Positions 40,203 through 50,777 of a stretch of 64,000 nucleotides of DNA are shown here, in pieces. The translations under genes and the position numbers were made by a program. Below the pieces are notes generated by a model. The model ran no database searches, was not told the DNA's origin, and worked only from the letters and a program-made list of their open reading frames with translations. Every line of letters begins with the position of its first letter. Within the stretch, counting starts at the first letter, position 1. The stretch comes from Candidatus Bathyarchaeia archaeon (GTDB lineage Archaea; Thermoproteota; Bathyarchaeia; Bathyarchaeales; Bathycorpusculaceae), in the NCBI GenBank assembly GCA_050015055.1, contig JBEKCD010000018.1, forward strand, positions 85 to 64,084, given 5' to 3'.

Positions 40203-41114
40203 ATGGAAGCAGTCGAGACTAAGGACCTATTCAAGACTTATGGTGGCAAGGAGCCTGTTCAAGCCCTCAGAGGCGTGAATCTTTCGATCAGGAAAGGCGA
40301 GCTTTTCACGTTGCTCGGCCTGAACGGTGCGGGTAAGACGACTTTTCTGAGGATTGTTTCAACTCAGCTTTCACTTACGAGAGGAACTGCTCAAGTTTTG
40401 GGACACGATGTTTTGGCACACGCGGATGAAGTGAGGAAGCACATAGCCGTGGTTCCGCAGGATGTGCAGACCTATAGCAACTTCACTCCTTGGGAGTATT
40501 GTTACTATTTTTCGCTGTTGCGTGGGATGTCAAAGAGTAGAACGATGGAGGTTTCTGAGAAAGCTTTGAGAGCTGTTGAACTGTGGGACTTGAGGAATCG
40601 CACGTGTGTTGGGCTTTCTGGAGGAGAGAAGAAACGTGCGATAATCGCCACGGCGTTGGCTTCGGATGCTGACGTACTTCTGCTGGATGAGCCCACGAGC
40701 GGCTTGGATGCTGTTGCGAGGAGAAAGGTGTGGGCCGTTCTGAGGGAGTTGGTGGAGCAGGGTAGAACGATACTGTTGACCACGCACATCATGGAGGAGG
40801 CTGAGATGCTATCTGACAGGCTTGCGATTATCAACAAGGGTAACGTGATTGCGGAAGGAAGTCTTGAGGAAGTTAAAGGATTGGCCAAGGAGAAGTTCCG
40901 GGTTGTTGTAGAAGGAAACCTGCATGATTTGACTTTGAAAAACCACAATCACGTTTCAAAGTTTGGCAACAAACAGATAATCTACGTTGGTGATGAGGAC
41001 GAGGGGCTGGAGCTCGTCAGAACAGCATTGAAAAGAGGGTTGAGAGCCGAGATTGCACGGATTACGCTTGAGGACGTGTTCGTCAAACTTGTCGGAGGGA
41101 TAGAAGACAATTGA
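40203..41114 (+). CDS. ABC transporter ATP-binding protein
   Basis: Walker A 'GLNGAGKTT', signature 'LSGGEKKR', Walker B 'LLLDEPTSG'. Start reassigned to M24 of the ORF. Confidence 0.8.
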   Translation: MEAVETKDLFKTYGGKEPVQALRGVNLSIRKGELFTLLGLNGAGKTTFLRIVSTQLSLTRGTAQVLGHDVLAHADEVRKHIAVVPQDVQTYSNFTPWEYCYYFSLLRGMSKSRTMEVSEKALRAVELWDLRNRTCVGLSGGEKKRAIIATALASDADVLLLDEPTSGLDAVARRKVWAVLRELVEQGRTILLTTHIMEEAEMLSDRLAIINKGNVIAEGSLEEVKGLAKEKFRVVVEGNLHDLTLKNHNHVSKFGNKQIIYVGDEDEGLELVRTALKRGLRAEIARITLEDVFVKLVGGIEDN

Positions 41115-41851
41115 ACCTCAAGGCCGTGAAGGACGCGTTCATAATAGCTGCCCTGAAGTCTATCCCCGATCTTAAGAGGAATCCATCTATGATGATTCTG
41201 ATAGGATTGATAAGCGCATTCCCGCTCTTCTTCATTCTTGTTTTCGGTGGGCAGGTGAGCAATGGACTTGTGGGAGCGATGATTGCCACTATAAGCTTCA
41301 TCGGTCTGGCGGCAGCAATACAGGATATTTCCTTCGATCGATACGTGAAGATAAGAGAAATGATAGTAGCTATGCCCGTGCATCCGGTCGCGTACGCCAT
41401 GGGAGTGGCCATGGCTCCTCTCTTTATTTCCGCTCCTGGCTTAATCTTCTTCATAGCAATTGCGATTGCAATCGGGGCCTTGCCATTTTTTTCAATCGGG
41501 TGGGCGGTTGTAACCTTGATTTTGTGTTGGGCAGCTGGCAGTAGCATCGGGTTCATAATATCCACTTATTTGCGCAAGGCAAGCGTCTACACGCTGAACA
41601 ACATGGCGAACATTCTCGGATTGGGCCTAGTTTTCCTGCCGCCGGTATACTACCCGGAGGAACTGCTTGGGGGCTACAGGTGGATATCCATGGTTTTTCC
41701 AACGTCAAATGCCGCTGGCCTAATCAGGTTCTACGCGGGGCTCACGCAGATATCTGCTGAGACGGTTCTCTTGCGTTGGCTCATACTCGCAGCAACGGTG
41801 ATCGTCTCTATAGTCATCCTGTCATTCAAGGCAAGATGGCGAGAAGATTGA
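41111..41851 (+). CDS. ABC-2 type permease
   Basis: 4-nt start/stop overlap with the ATPase, six transmembrane helices. Confidence 0.65.
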   Translation: MNLKAVKDAFIIAALKSIPDLKRNPSMMILIGLISAFPLFFILVFGGQVSNGLVGAMIATISFIGLAAAIQDISFDRYVKIREMIVAMPVHPVAYAMGVAMAPLFISAPGLIFFIAIAIAIGALPFFSIGWAVVTLILCWAAGSSIGFIISTYLRKASVYTLNNMANILGLGLVFLPPVYYPEELLGGYRWISMVFPTSNAAGLIRFYAGLTQISAETVLLRWLILAATVIVSIVILSFKARWRED

Positions 41852-42001
41852 CAATGGTCCATCGGCAGAAGAATGGTGGCTCTATGATGCTTCAGGCGGG
41901 CGTTGAAGATCTTTTCAAGAAATGCGAAATCTCGGTTGTTGAATGAATCAGGTTATAAGACTGAAGCCCAGATTCTTCGGGTGTCACAGCTGGTTTGCAG
42001 T

Positions 42002-42778
42002 ATGGTCAAGCCTGAAATCGGTCTCTCTATGCTCTACTGTCTGGGTGAACCTTTCGGGAAAATGGCGGACGAGATTCCTAAGACGAGGCCAACCTACATA
42101 GAACTCGTCGATGACGGCTTTCACGCTCTAGACAAGAAGAACGTCGCGGCGCTGAACAGGATAAGACAGTGTTATGACAAGGAGTACACGGTGCACGCAC
42201 CCTTTGTCGGCATAAACATAGCCCTGCCGCCGAGTCCATTGCTTAACGCCACGCTGAGGAGATTGAAGAACTCAATCGTCTACGCGGCTGCTCTAGATTG
42301 CGAGATGTGGGTTTTTCATCCGGGCCTAAGAACAGCTACCAGCATGTTTTATCCGGGCATGGACTGGACCAGAAACTTGGAAAGCATTCGACTGCTGTTC
42401 AGGTTTGCACGGGACCACGGTGTTGAGGCGTGTGTTGAAAACATTATGGAAGCGTTTGTAATGAAGAACGTGGGCGAGTTCAGAAGATTTTACGATGAAA
42501 TTGGGGAGGACATAGGGTTGGCTTTTGACACTGGACACGCTAACGTGGTCGGGGAACTGGAGGGTTTTCTAACAGGTTTTTCAGACAAGATGGTCCATGT
42601 GCACGCCCATGACAACCATGGAAAATCCGACGAGCACTTGGGCGTGGGCTACGGCAACATAGACTGGGACACAGTGGCGAAGCATTTGAAAAGAGTATCT
42701 TTCAGCAAAGCGGTGATTATCGAATCTGTGGAGCATATTGACGAGAGTATCCAGAGGCTAGAGCGGCTACTCCTCTAA
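42002..42778 (+). CDS. Sugar-phosphate isomerase/epimerase (xylose-isomerase-like TIM barrel)
   Basis: Start placed at 'MVKPEIGLSM' for a typical 258-aa length. 'VHAHDNHG' and 'HAPF' metal-ligand motifs. Confidence 0.6.
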   Translation: MVKPEIGLSMLYCLGEPFGKMADEIPKTRPTYIELVDDGFHALDKKNVAALNRIRQCYDKEYTVHAPFVGINIALPPSPLLNATLRRLKNSIVYAAALDCEMWVFHPGLRTATSMFYPGMDWTRNLESIRLLFRFARDHGVEACVENIMEAFVMKNVGEFRRFYDEIGEDIGLAFDTGHANVVGELEGFLTGFSDKMVHVHAHDNHGKSDEHLGVGYGNIDWDTVAKHLKRVSFSKAVIIESVEHIDESIQRLERLLL

Positions 42779-43690
42779 CAATGGGATATCCAGCTTCATG
42801 AAGTCCTCTGCGACGATTGTATTCTTGAAAATTCTCTTTGCTTGCTTCAGCAGCTTGCTTGCGTCCTCGTATCTCTGGCTGATGTGTGTTAGAACGAGTT
42901 TCTTGACCTTTGCTTTCTTTGCGATTCTTGCTGCTTGACTTGGGGTCGAATGGCAATACTCCTTTGCTCTATCAGTCAGCTCTTCACCCAGCGTGCTGTC
43001 GTGTATCAACAGATCCGCGCCTGATGCGAACTTTTCGAGGAGCTTGAATGGACGAGTGTCGCCTGTGTAGACTATTTTTCTGCCCTTTCTCGACGTATCC
43101 ATAACTTCCTCTGGTTTTACAACGCGCCTGTTCGGGAGTCTAACGTTCTGTCCGCCTTGAAGCTTTCCCCACAGGGGACCTTCTTGGACTCCTAGAGCCT
43201 CGGCTTTCTCGGGGTGGAATTTCCCGGGTCTAGGTTTCTCTTTGTAGGCGAAGGCAAAGCTTGGAATCACGTGTCTCGACTGAATCGCTTCTACACAATA
43301 CTCTTTTTCGTCGCAAACGACACCTGCTTTTTCAATCTCGTGAATTTCAACTGGAAATGTTAGGCCGAACGGCACTGTCTCTCTTATTGCCTCCAAGAAA
43401 TCACTAATTCTAGGTGGCCCGTAAACGTCGAGCTTTCTCTCCCTGTCAAGCAGGGCCATGGTCTGCAACAATCCCGGAAGCCCCAGAACGTGGTCTCCGT
43501 GCATGTGGGTTATGAAAATCTTCATTTTCCTATTCAGACTGCCCCTCGCCAAAAGCATCTGCCTTTGGACGCCTTCACCGCAGTCAAACATGAGTTGTTC
43601 ACCCTCGCGCTGGATCAGTATTGCGGGCAAGCTTCTCTTGGGCGTTGGCACGCCCCCGGCAGTGCCCAGAAAAACTATGTGCAAACTCAA
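42767..43690 (-). CDS. rnz: Ribonuclease Z (tRNA 3' endonuclease)
   Basis: 'HMHGDH' and 'LIHDST' motifs, 307 aa. Confidence 0.85.
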   Translation of the reverse strand: MSLHIVFLGTAGGVPTPKRSLPAILIQREGEQLMFDCGEGVQRQMLLARGSLNRKMKIFITHMHGDHVLGLPGLLQTMALLDRERKLDVYGPPRISDFLEAIRETVPFGLTFPVEIHEIEKAGVVCDEKEYCVEAIQSRHVIPSFAFAYKEKPRPGKFHPEKAEALGVQEGPLWGKLQGGQNVRLPNRRVVKPEEVMDTSRKGRKIVYTGDTRPFKLLEKFASGADLLIHDSTLGEELTDRAKEYCHSTPSQAARIAKKAKVKKLVLTHISQRYEDASKLLKQAKRIFKNTIVAEDFMKLDIPLLEE

Positions 43691-43693
43691 GGG

Positions 43694-44731
43694 TTACACC
43701 TTTTCGAACACGACGATTTCCCTAGTCAGGCTCCGGTGGACATAGACAAAATGGGACTCCAGGTGTTTATAGCCCAAGCTTGTGCCCACGCGCACGATGC
43801 CCAGTTTCTTGGGAGCGGCCATACAGATTCTCCTTCCATTACTCAGCATTTCATGTACAGCTGTCAGCACTTCTTCGATAATCTGTTTTGTGGTACGCTT
43901 CATGGTGCTCGAAGAAATGCCGTAAGGAGGGTCAGTTATAACGCAGTCAACCTTGATGAGCGGCGGATATTTTGCGTCGGCAATGATGATGCCTTCTGGT
44001 CTGACGCTGAAGTGAGCCATGTTCCTTATGGTTCCTTTAGCCATTCGACGCTGAATATCCAGGCCCAGCGCCTTGCAGCCTATGAGTTTGGCCTCAATGA
44101 GCATCGTTCCTGTTCCGCAGAACGGGTCGAGAACCACATCCCCTATCTTGGGCTCTGCCAGGTTTATCATGCACCTCGCGAGTTTCGCCTGCATCGCGGA
44201 CGGGTGGAAGAAGGGCTTTTTCCTTGGGCGCCTCTCCACGAAGGGTTTGGCTTGAATCTCCGCAAGCTTCACTCCGAAAACGAACCTGTCTTCAGTGAGT
44301 ACCCCTATGAACGTCTTGTCAGGCGTCTTCAGTTTCACCTTTGCCGTGGGGCACTTGTCGATTATCAAGGCGCCGAGCCTTCTTTCGAGGGTCATGCCGT
44401 TGATTTCGGACGAGTATTCTCTGACGTGTTTCACGCGTACAACGAAGCTCTCGTCCCGTTTCAGCACCTCTTCGAGTCGAGCATTTTGTACGGCTTTGAT
44501 CATGCTGCTTGTCTCTGAACTGCTGGTAAAGAGTTCGAGTGCGCAGAGTCTCGTGAATGCTGCCCTGCGTTTAAGGTCTTCGACGCATGTGAGATCTGCT
44601 TCCAGTCTCAGAACCTGGTCGAGTTTCTCTGTGACTTGGTAGGAATGATCTTCAGCTTCTAGTATTGCTCTTACTTCGGAGACTGGCAAGTCTTCATGCT
44701 CACCCGAAAGGAAAAGGAAGAGTTTGGCCAC
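43694..44731 (-). CDS. THUMP-domain tRNA (guanine-N2) methyltransferase, Trm11/TrmG10-like
   Basis: N-terminal THUMP domain, 'LDPFCGTGT' SAM motif, 'DPPYG' N-methyltransferase motif. Confidence 0.7.
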   Translation of the reverse strand: MAKLFLFLSGEHEDLPVSEVRAILEAEDHSYQVTEKLDQVLRLEADLTCVEDLKRRAAFTRLCALELFTSSSETSSMIKAVQNARLEEVLKRDESFVVRVKHVREYSSEINGMTLERRLGALIIDKCPTAKVKLKTPDKTFIGVLTEDRFVFGVKLAEIQAKPFVERRPRKKPFFHPSAMQAKLARCMINLAEPKIGDVVLDPFCGTGTMLIEAKLIGCKALGLDIQRRMAKGTIRNMAHFSVRPEGIIIADAKYPPLIKVDCVITDPPYGISSSTMKRTTKQIIEEVLTAVHEMLSNGRRICMAAPKKLGIVRVGTSLGYKHLESHFVYVHRSLTREIVVFEKV

Positions 44732-44743
44732 GTTTGTGCTCCC

Positions 44744-45616
44744 TCAGCGTGCAAGCTCTCTGCTTATTACTGGAGCAAGAGACACCTTGCTCACACTGCT
44801 TGGAACGCTGTCGGTGCCCACGATTTCTTCTACCCCAGTTTGGAGGATTAGTCGCTCTGCATTCCCGATTAATAGAGGATGAACGCATGCAACGTAGATT
44901 CGTTGGGGATTCAGTTCTTTCAGAATCTTCGCCGCTGCGATAATTGTCCCTCCGGAGCTGACTATGTCATCGAAGATTATGACGGTCTTGCCCTTTATGT
45001 CGAGGGTTTTCATTTCCATACTGACTTGTCCAGTATAGCGGTCCCTATTCTTTTCCAAATATCCGCATTCTCCGCCCAAGATTTCTCTCGCTTCCTCAGC
45101 GATGTGAATTGCACCCTTGTCCGGTGAAAGCGCAAAAGCTTTCGAGTGGCCTTTCTTCACGAAGTATTCGGCAAGAAGGGGAATAGCGGAGACGCTTCGT
45201 GCTGGAAAAGGAAAGTGTGAGAACACCTTGTCTTGATGAACGTTCACCGTTATCAGCTGTTCAACGCCGGCGGCTTTGAGCATGCGTGCGACTGTTTCGG
45301 CACTTATGGGCTCGCCGTCAAGGAAGATTCTGTCTTGGCGCGCGTACGCCAAGTAGGGTACGATGGCGGTCACTTTTTTGGCGCCGTTTCTCTTTGCGGA
45401 GTCTGCCATGAGTGCTAATTGAATGAGTCTGGTGTCTTGAGGAGGACTCGTCGTCTGAACTATAGCAACGTCTTCGTTTTGCAGTTGGCCTTCTAGCCGC
45501 AGGTAGTTTTCGCCGTCTGGAAAAGTCTTGAAGGCCACGGGCACGGTTTCAGCTTTGAGAGTCTGGGCGACTTGTTTTCCCAGTTGTGTAGAAGCGGGTC
45601 CAAGGATTATCTTCAT
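44744..45616 (-). CDS. prs: Ribose-phosphate pyrophosphokinase
   Basis: Start moved to 'MKIILGPAS'. PRPP loop 'IFDDIVSSGGT'. Confidence 0.85.
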   Translation of the reverse strand: MKIILGPASTQLGKQVAQTLKAETVPVAFKTFPDGENYLRLEGQLQNEDVAIVQTTSPPQDTRLIQLALMADSAKRNGAKKVTAIVPYLAYARQDRIFLDGEPISAETVARMLKAAGVEQLITVNVHQDKVFSHFPFPARSVSAIPLLAEYFVKKGHSKAFALSPDKGAIHIAEEAREILGGECGYLEKNRDRYTGQVSMEMKTLDIKGKTVIIFDDIVSSGGTIIAAAKILKELNPQRIYVACVHPLLIGNAERLILQTGVEEIVGTDSVPSSVSKVSLAPVISRELAR

Positions 45617-45653
45617 TTTTCTCGCCGTGTTTACAATGCCACAGTTTTGTCTT

Positions 45654-46937
45654 TTAGGTTTTCCCGACTTCCTCATATTGCTCGAGGAGTTCTTTGGCTC
45701 TGTCCACGCGGACCTTGCGTTCTTCAACCATCTTCGCCGCTACCTTGTCGATGAGGTTTCCGGTTGCTCCCGCTAGGACAGCTATGTTTCTTGCGTGAAG
45801 TGACATGTGGCCACGCTGTATGCCTTCATGCGCCAGCGCTCGTAATGCGCCGAGGTTCTGAGCCAAGCCCACGGCTGCGAGGACTTCGCCAAACTCGTTG
45901 GCTGTTTTTACACCGAGGATTTTTAAGGCTATTTTGGCTATCGGATGCGTCCTCACGGCGCCGCCTACCAAGCCGACCGCCATTGGCAGTTCAATCGAGC
46001 CGAGGAGGTCGCCGTTTTCGTTCTTTTCCCATGTTGAAAGCGAAGTGTAATGGCCTATCCTTGCCGCGTATGCGTGAGCTCCGGCTTCGATTGCCCGGTG
46101 ATCGTTGCAAGTTGCGAGTACCACCGCGATTATGCCGTTCAGTATTCCCTTGTTGTGGGTTGCCGCCCTGTACGGGTCTGCCGCTGCGAAAGCATAGGCG
46201 TTCACGATGCCGTCAACGACGCCTTCTCCGCCGACTGAGGCTTTTGGCACGAGGCATGAGGCTCTCACCAGACGTTTTGTGGCCAGGTTAGACACTATGC
46301 GCAAGTAGACATGACCGTTTGCAATGCGCTCTATCATAGGAGCCACTGCCTCAGCCATCGTGTTCACGGCATTCGGCCCCATGGCGTCACGGCAGTCCAC
46401 CTGCACTTCCACTATCAGCATCTGCCCCTGCGTCGTGCTGATTATCTTCGCTTCCACGTCTTTTGCCCCGCCCCCAGCTGAAACAAGCACAGGGTCCTGC
46501 TCGTTTGCCTTCTTCAAGATTTCGTCTCTTGACTGGATGACTCGCATCCTTGCCGCGTAGGGATCCTTGACGTTTACAACCTGTATCTGTCCAATCATAA
46601 TCGGCGGCGTGCTACTCGTGTAAAACCCACCGCCGTCTCTTACCATCTTTGCGCCGTAGCTGGCCGCAGCCACGACTGAAGGCTCCTCGATGGCCATGGG
46701 AATCAGATAGTCACGCTTGTTTATGAGAAAGTTTGTGCCCATACCCAAGGGCACGGGAAAGGCTCCTACCACATTCTCGATCATGCGGTCAGCCAAATCC
46801 ATGGGCAAAGAGCCCGTGTTCTGCAACAGTTCAGTCTCCTCGTCCGTCAGATCGGCAAATTCCTTAACCGCAGCCAGGCGTTGTTCGGGGCTTAGCTTGT
46901 AAAAGCCTGAAATCAACGAGGATTTCTGCATGCTCAT
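45654..46937 (-). CDS. Class II (bacterial-type, Pseudomonas mevalonii-like) HMG-CoA reductase
   Basis: End-to-end similarity to class II HMGR, including 'ENVVGAFPVPLG', 'DAMGPN', 'HNKGI' and 'RGHMSLHARN' motifs. Confidence 0.85.
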   Translation of the reverse strand: MSMQKSSLISGFYKLSPEQRLAAVKEFADLTDEETELLQNTGSLPMDLADRMIENVVGAFPVPLGMGTNFLINKRDYLIPMAIEEPSVVAAASYGAKMVRDGGGFYTSSTPPIMIGQIQVVNVKDPYAARMRVIQSRDEILKKANEQDPVLVSAGGGAKDVEAKIISTTQGQMLIVEVQVDCRDAMGPNAVNTMAEAVAPMIERIANGHVYLRIVSNLATKRLVRASCLVPKASVGGEGVVDGIVNAYAFAAADPYRAATHNKGILNGIIAVVLATCNDHRAIEAGAHAYAARIGHYTSLSTWEKNENGDLLGSIELPMAVGLVGGAVRTHPIAKIALKILGVKTANEFGEVLAAVGLAQNLGALRALAHEGIQRGHMSLHARNIAVLAGATGNLIDKVAAKMVEERKVRVDRAKELLEQYEEVGKT

Positions 46938-47239
46938 CTCTTCTCCTCGACTAGGGATTCAAAACATGGTTCACTCTGAGCTTTTTAAGTTTTGGCAGAA
47001 TAAGCACGTCCAGCTTCTCTTTTGTTCTACAACAGGAGCACCCTGAACTAATCTGTTTTCCTGCAGTTGCGACATTGTATTAGACGCGGAGAGTGAAGGG
47101 CCACACTGGCGGTCTGACTCACTGGCCGATACGTTGCCCAGAGCACCTGCAGAATCATATTCGGCACGGCATTGTTATCAAATTCGTCTCCCCAGTTAGG
47201 GGGACGTGGGCTGGGCAGCGCAAGCTTGTTGAGGTCAAG

Positions 47240-47815
47240 CTACTGCTCCTTGCCCACCGGTTTTCCTTTCCCAAAACGACCGCACAGTGTCCTCGCCATG
47301 GCGATTCCGATGAGTGCTCCGATCATGTTGAAGACGGCGTACAGTGCGACGAGGAAATCGAAAAACTGCTGCGAATCAGAAAAAACGAAGTCAAGTTTGT
47401 ATTGCAGTTCGCTCCATATGAAGTAGTGGAACGTGCCGTTGACTTCAAATATGTTTGCACTTGCAAGGAATATGTTGAAACGTACCTGTCCATAAGCCTC
47501 TTCGTTTTGCTCGTCGAACGTCTGGTTGGACTCTGGCGTGTGATAAACGCTTAGAGCGAGCGGGTAGGAAAGCTCAGAGTATGGAAATGTTCCTTGATAT
47601 TCTCCCAGCGTGTTCTGTTGAAACGAAATAATATCGCTTGATGGACGTGGTACCCAGACGCTTGAAACAGAAGCATAGGCTAGGTTGAGAGAGAACACGA
47701 CGGCGAAAACGATGACCACTGTCCATAGCGCGCGTGAACTCCATTTTCCGAACTCGCTTATCGAAATTGACAAAATGAAGGTGATTCCAAGAAAAACAGA
47801 TAGTGCTAGAAGCAT
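47240..47815 (-). CDS. Membrane protein
   Basis: Four hydrophobic helices, 191 aa. Confidence 0.4.
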   Translation of the reverse strand: MLLALSVFLGITFILSISISEFGKWSSRALWTVVIVFAVVFSLNLAYASVSSVWVPRPSSDIISFQQNTLGEYQGTFPYSELSYPLALSVYHTPESNQTFDEQNEEAYGQVRFNIFLASANIFEVNGTFHYFIWSELQYKLDFVFSDSQQFFDFLVALYAVFNMIGALIGIAMARTLCGRFGKGKPVGKEQ

Positions 47816-48106
47816 GTCTCTCTACAGCTTGAAGCAGTTGAATACGAAATATAAAATTATCGGCGGCATGCAGTAGCGCTAACATGTTGCGGCGGGCATG
47901 ACTGCTTCTACACTTGATGCGTCGTCGGAAAGGACATTCATGATAAGGTGCCATCCTAGCAGGACAAACAAATGAAAGTGTCCGGATGTCGACCTTATCT
48001 TCTGGATTCACCCGCGCTTTGAAACGATGACTCAAGTGAACAGTAGAAACTGACACAAAGAAAACGATTTAGCGACAGGCTGCCGCACTTTTGTTTGCAC
48101 CGCCCG

Positions 48107-49123
48107 TTAGGGGACATCTCTTTTTGGCAGGGCTACTGCAGATATTCCTAGGGATTTGCGGATTTCTTTTGCTAGGGTTTCGCCGTTGCTGACCCGTGAG
48201 TTGTCGGTTATGACATGTTCGGGTTTTGAACGCCTTACGTATTCAAGCAAACCGTTGAAGTCTGAGTGGTCGCTGAGGGCTACGACGTATTCTTTGTTGT
48301 CGGTCTGGCGGATTGCTGAATCGAATTCCCATCCACTTACGATAACACGGAAATTGTTCAGACCGACGTTGCTCCTGGACTCCATGTGATAGAATGCTAC
48401 GCAGGGTGCGTTGTCGTCTAGCAGTTTTTCCGTGTCTGGCTCTGTGGACAGCATCAGCCGTCCTATGTGCATGCCGTGTTTTTCGCAGACCTTTGAGACC
48501 TGAAAAACCCTCTCAGGCGCAAGGAAAGGAACGCCTAAGTCGGCCTCGTGCAGGATCTGCATGACTTCCTGAAGCTTCCCGTGATAGCCGAAAACGTAGA
48601 CCGTGCCTTGTTCCAACCCCCTTTCAACTAGCGAAACCAGAGAGGCCTTGACGTTTGTTTCGAAAGAGCGTTTGCAGGCTGGGCTTCCATATGTGGCTTC
48701 GATGACAAGGACGTCTGATTCTAGGACGGGAGTGTCATCGATTCTGAAGTCGCCTGTGAAAACTATCCGTTTTCCCTCAAAGTCTTCGACCAGCACTTGA
48801 GCTGCTCCTAGAATGTGGTCGGCCTTGAAAAATGTTATTCGTTCTCCATCGTATTGTATGGTTTGGCCGTAGTCTAGGGTTTCTACCATGCCACCCAACA
48901 GAAAAAGCGGGCTTCGCATGACGTCGATCATGTCTTTCGTGGCTTTCGTCATCAAGACCTTGTTGCACGCTCTCAGGCTCCGCCTCAATCCCACCATGTG
49001 GTCAGCGTGAGCATGAGTGACTACTCGGAGGGGCTTGTTCTCCTCGAAAGCGTCACACGCGACATACTTGCCGAGAAGGACAGCACCGCGATCTGTTACG
49101 GTAGCTCTTGAGGACAAAGCCAT
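48107..49123 (-). CDS. MBL-fold/β-CASP family nuclease
   Basis: 'VTHAHADH' and a C-terminal 'DHSDF' β-CASP His motif. Sits in an RNA-processing neighbourhood. Confidence 0.55.
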   Translation of the reverse strand: MALSSRATVTDRGAVLLGKYVACDAFEENKPLRVVTHAHADHMVGLRRSLRACNKVLMTKATKDMIDVMRSPLFLLGGMVETLDYGQTIQYDGERITFFKADHILGAAQVLVEDFEGKRIVFTGDFRIDDTPVLESDVLVIEATYGSPACKRSFETNVKASLVSLVERGLEQGTVYVFGYHGKLQEVMQILHEADLGVPFLAPERVFQVSKVCEKHGMHIGRLMLSTEPDTEKLLDDNAPCVAFYHMESRSNVGLNNFRVIVSGWEFDSAIRQTDNKEYVVALSDHSDFNGLLEYVRRSKPEHVITDNSRVSNGETLAKEIRKSLGISAVALPKRDVP

Positions 49124-49138
49124 TTACCATCCGTGTTT

Positions 49139-49540
49139 CTACGTTATCCTCGGGGCTAGCCACTCGACGAGTTCCCTGGGATCTCTGCAGTCTATCTTGA
49201 CCTTTATGGGTCCTAGGGGGGATTCAGCGGTTTCTTTGGAGAAGGAAATGTGTCCAGCGTATGCCACCTGCTTGTTCAAACAGAACCTGATGGCCTTCTT
49301 CTCCATGCCTTCCAGAAAGATGGCTCGGGCAGCGTTGCGAATGTGTTCTCGGCGAAGAAGATCGCATAGTCTAGTGAGTGATTCTTTTCCTTTGCCTTCT
49401 CCTACGAGAAGGTTTGCCTTGTGAAGAGGTTTCACCTGCAGGTTTACGTCTCCGAATATGTTCCGGACAGCCTCTTCTACTTTTTCTTGTGATTCTGTGG
49501 AGTTGATTTCGGTTTCCACGTGTAGGCTTATTTCTTCCAT
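49139..49540 (-). CDS. UPF0201-family RNA-binding protein
   Basis: Family-typical size (133 aa) and pairing with a UPF0200 kinase-like gene that overlaps it by 13 nt. Confidence 0.6.
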   Translation of the reverse strand: MEEISLHVETEINSTESQEKVEEAVRNIFGDVNLQVKPLHKANLLVGEGKGKESLTRLCDLLRREHIRNAARAIFLEGMEKKAIRFCLNKQVAYAGHISFSKETAESPLGPIKVKIDCRDPRELVEWLAPRIT

Positions 49541-50094
49541 TTCTCCTCCACCTTCCTCAAGACGTGCTTGACCCTGTTTCTCACGACTTCCAAAGCTTCC
49601 TCGTTGACTACAGTGTACTCTGCCATGGCTGTGACGTTACCCAGTCCGACGCCGAGTTCGCGCATGTCTCTTTCGTGAAAAACGTCCCAGCCTTCGGCGT
49701 CATCACTTCTTCGCCTGCGGTAGAGCCTCTGAAACCGAGTTTCTGGAGAGGAACAGATGGCCATGAGGCTGAACTCTGGAAAACGCTTTTTGAATTCTTC
49801 AACTTCGTCCAGGCTTCTTATCCCGTCTACGACGACTTTGTGTTTTTTCGCTTCTTCTATTTTCGGGATGCATCTTTTTGCTATGACATCTTTTCCTTCC
49901 CTTTCTCGCAGTTCCAGCATTATTTTTCCGATGTTCTCGGGGGTTGGCTGCAAGTTTTTCTTTTCTGCTTCCTGTCTCACCACGTCGCCCATCACCACCG
50001 CATCGTAGCCGTTTTCCTTTGCAACTTTGAGGACGAGAGATTTTCCTGAGCCCGGCATTCCCGCCACGCCTAGTACGAGTTTCTGGTCAGCCAT
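49528..50094 (-). CDS. UPF0200 / P-loop nucleotide kinase (archaeal dephospho-CoA-kinase-like)
   Basis: Walker A 'GMPGSGKS'. Confidence 0.6.
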   Translation of the reverse strand: MADQKLVLGVAGMPGSGKSLVLKVAKENGYDAVVMGDVVRQEAEKKNLQPTPENIGKIMLELREREGKDVIAKRCIPKIEEAKKHKVVVDGIRSLDEVEEFKKRFPEFSLMAICSSPETRFQRLYRRRRSDDAEGWDVFHERDMRELGVGLGNVTAMAEYTVVNEEALEVVRNRVKHVLRKVEEKWKK

Positions 50095-50188
50095 CTTTCT
50101 TGCCCTTTGAAAATGTTCTGGTTGTTCAACAGATAATCTTTTTTACATTAAAAGCGTTTATGACAGCAAATAGTGTACAGGCGGTGGA

Positions 50189-50764
50189 GTGCGCGTGTCA
50201 GAGCCGATTAGAAGTTTTGTAGCGTTCGACATTGACAGCGAGTCTGTTTTGAAGAGGCTCACGGAGATGCAAGCTATGCTGATGGGGACTAGCGCGGATT
50301 TGAAGGTCGTTGAGCCCAAGAACATTCACATAACCATGAGGTTTCTTGGAAACGTCACAGCAAGTACTGTTGAGCAGATTTTCGAGGGCATGAAGAAGGT
50401 GCAGTTCGTTCCTTTCGACGTTAAGATATGCGGTGTGGGGGCTTTTCCAGACGTACGCTATCCGCGTGTCGTATGGGCAGGTATAACCGAGGGCGCTGAC
50501 AAACTGCGAGGAATCTTCAGCCAACTGGAGCCTCATCTGCGCAGTTTGGGGTTTGCACCTGATCCAAAGGGCTTCAGTCCACACCTGACGATTGCTCGCG
50601 TAAGGTCCGGGAGGAACAAGGCTGAACTTGCCAAATTCATAAATGAAAACGTGGGTTACGAGTTTGGAACCGTTAGAGCTGCGTGTTTGCGGCTGAAGAG
50701 AAGCGAGTTGACACCAAAGGGGCCTATTTACTCGACGCTTAAAGAGGTCTGCCCGCAAGGATAA
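50189..50764 (+). CDS. thpR: RNA 2',3'-cyclic phosphodiesterase (2H family, LigT/ThpR)
   Basis: Two H-x-T/S-x motifs, 'HITMRF' and 'HLTIARV'. Confidence 0.8.
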   Translation: MRVSEPIRSFVAFDIDSESVLKRLTEMQAMLMGTSADLKVVEPKNIHITMRFLGNVTASTVEQIFEGMKKVQFVPFDVKICGVGAFPDVRYPRVVWAGITEGADKLRGIFSQLEPHLRSLGFAPDPKGFSPHLTIARVRSGRNKAELAKFINENVGYEFGTVRAACLRLKRSELTPKGPIYSTLKEVCPQG

Positions 50765-50777
50765 GAAGGACCTGTTA

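Noticed and set aside
45764-46291. 175-aa plus-strand ORF antisense to the HMG-CoA reductase gene
   Set aside because: It is a typical Arg/Leu/Pro-rich antisense shadow ORF of a well-supported gene.
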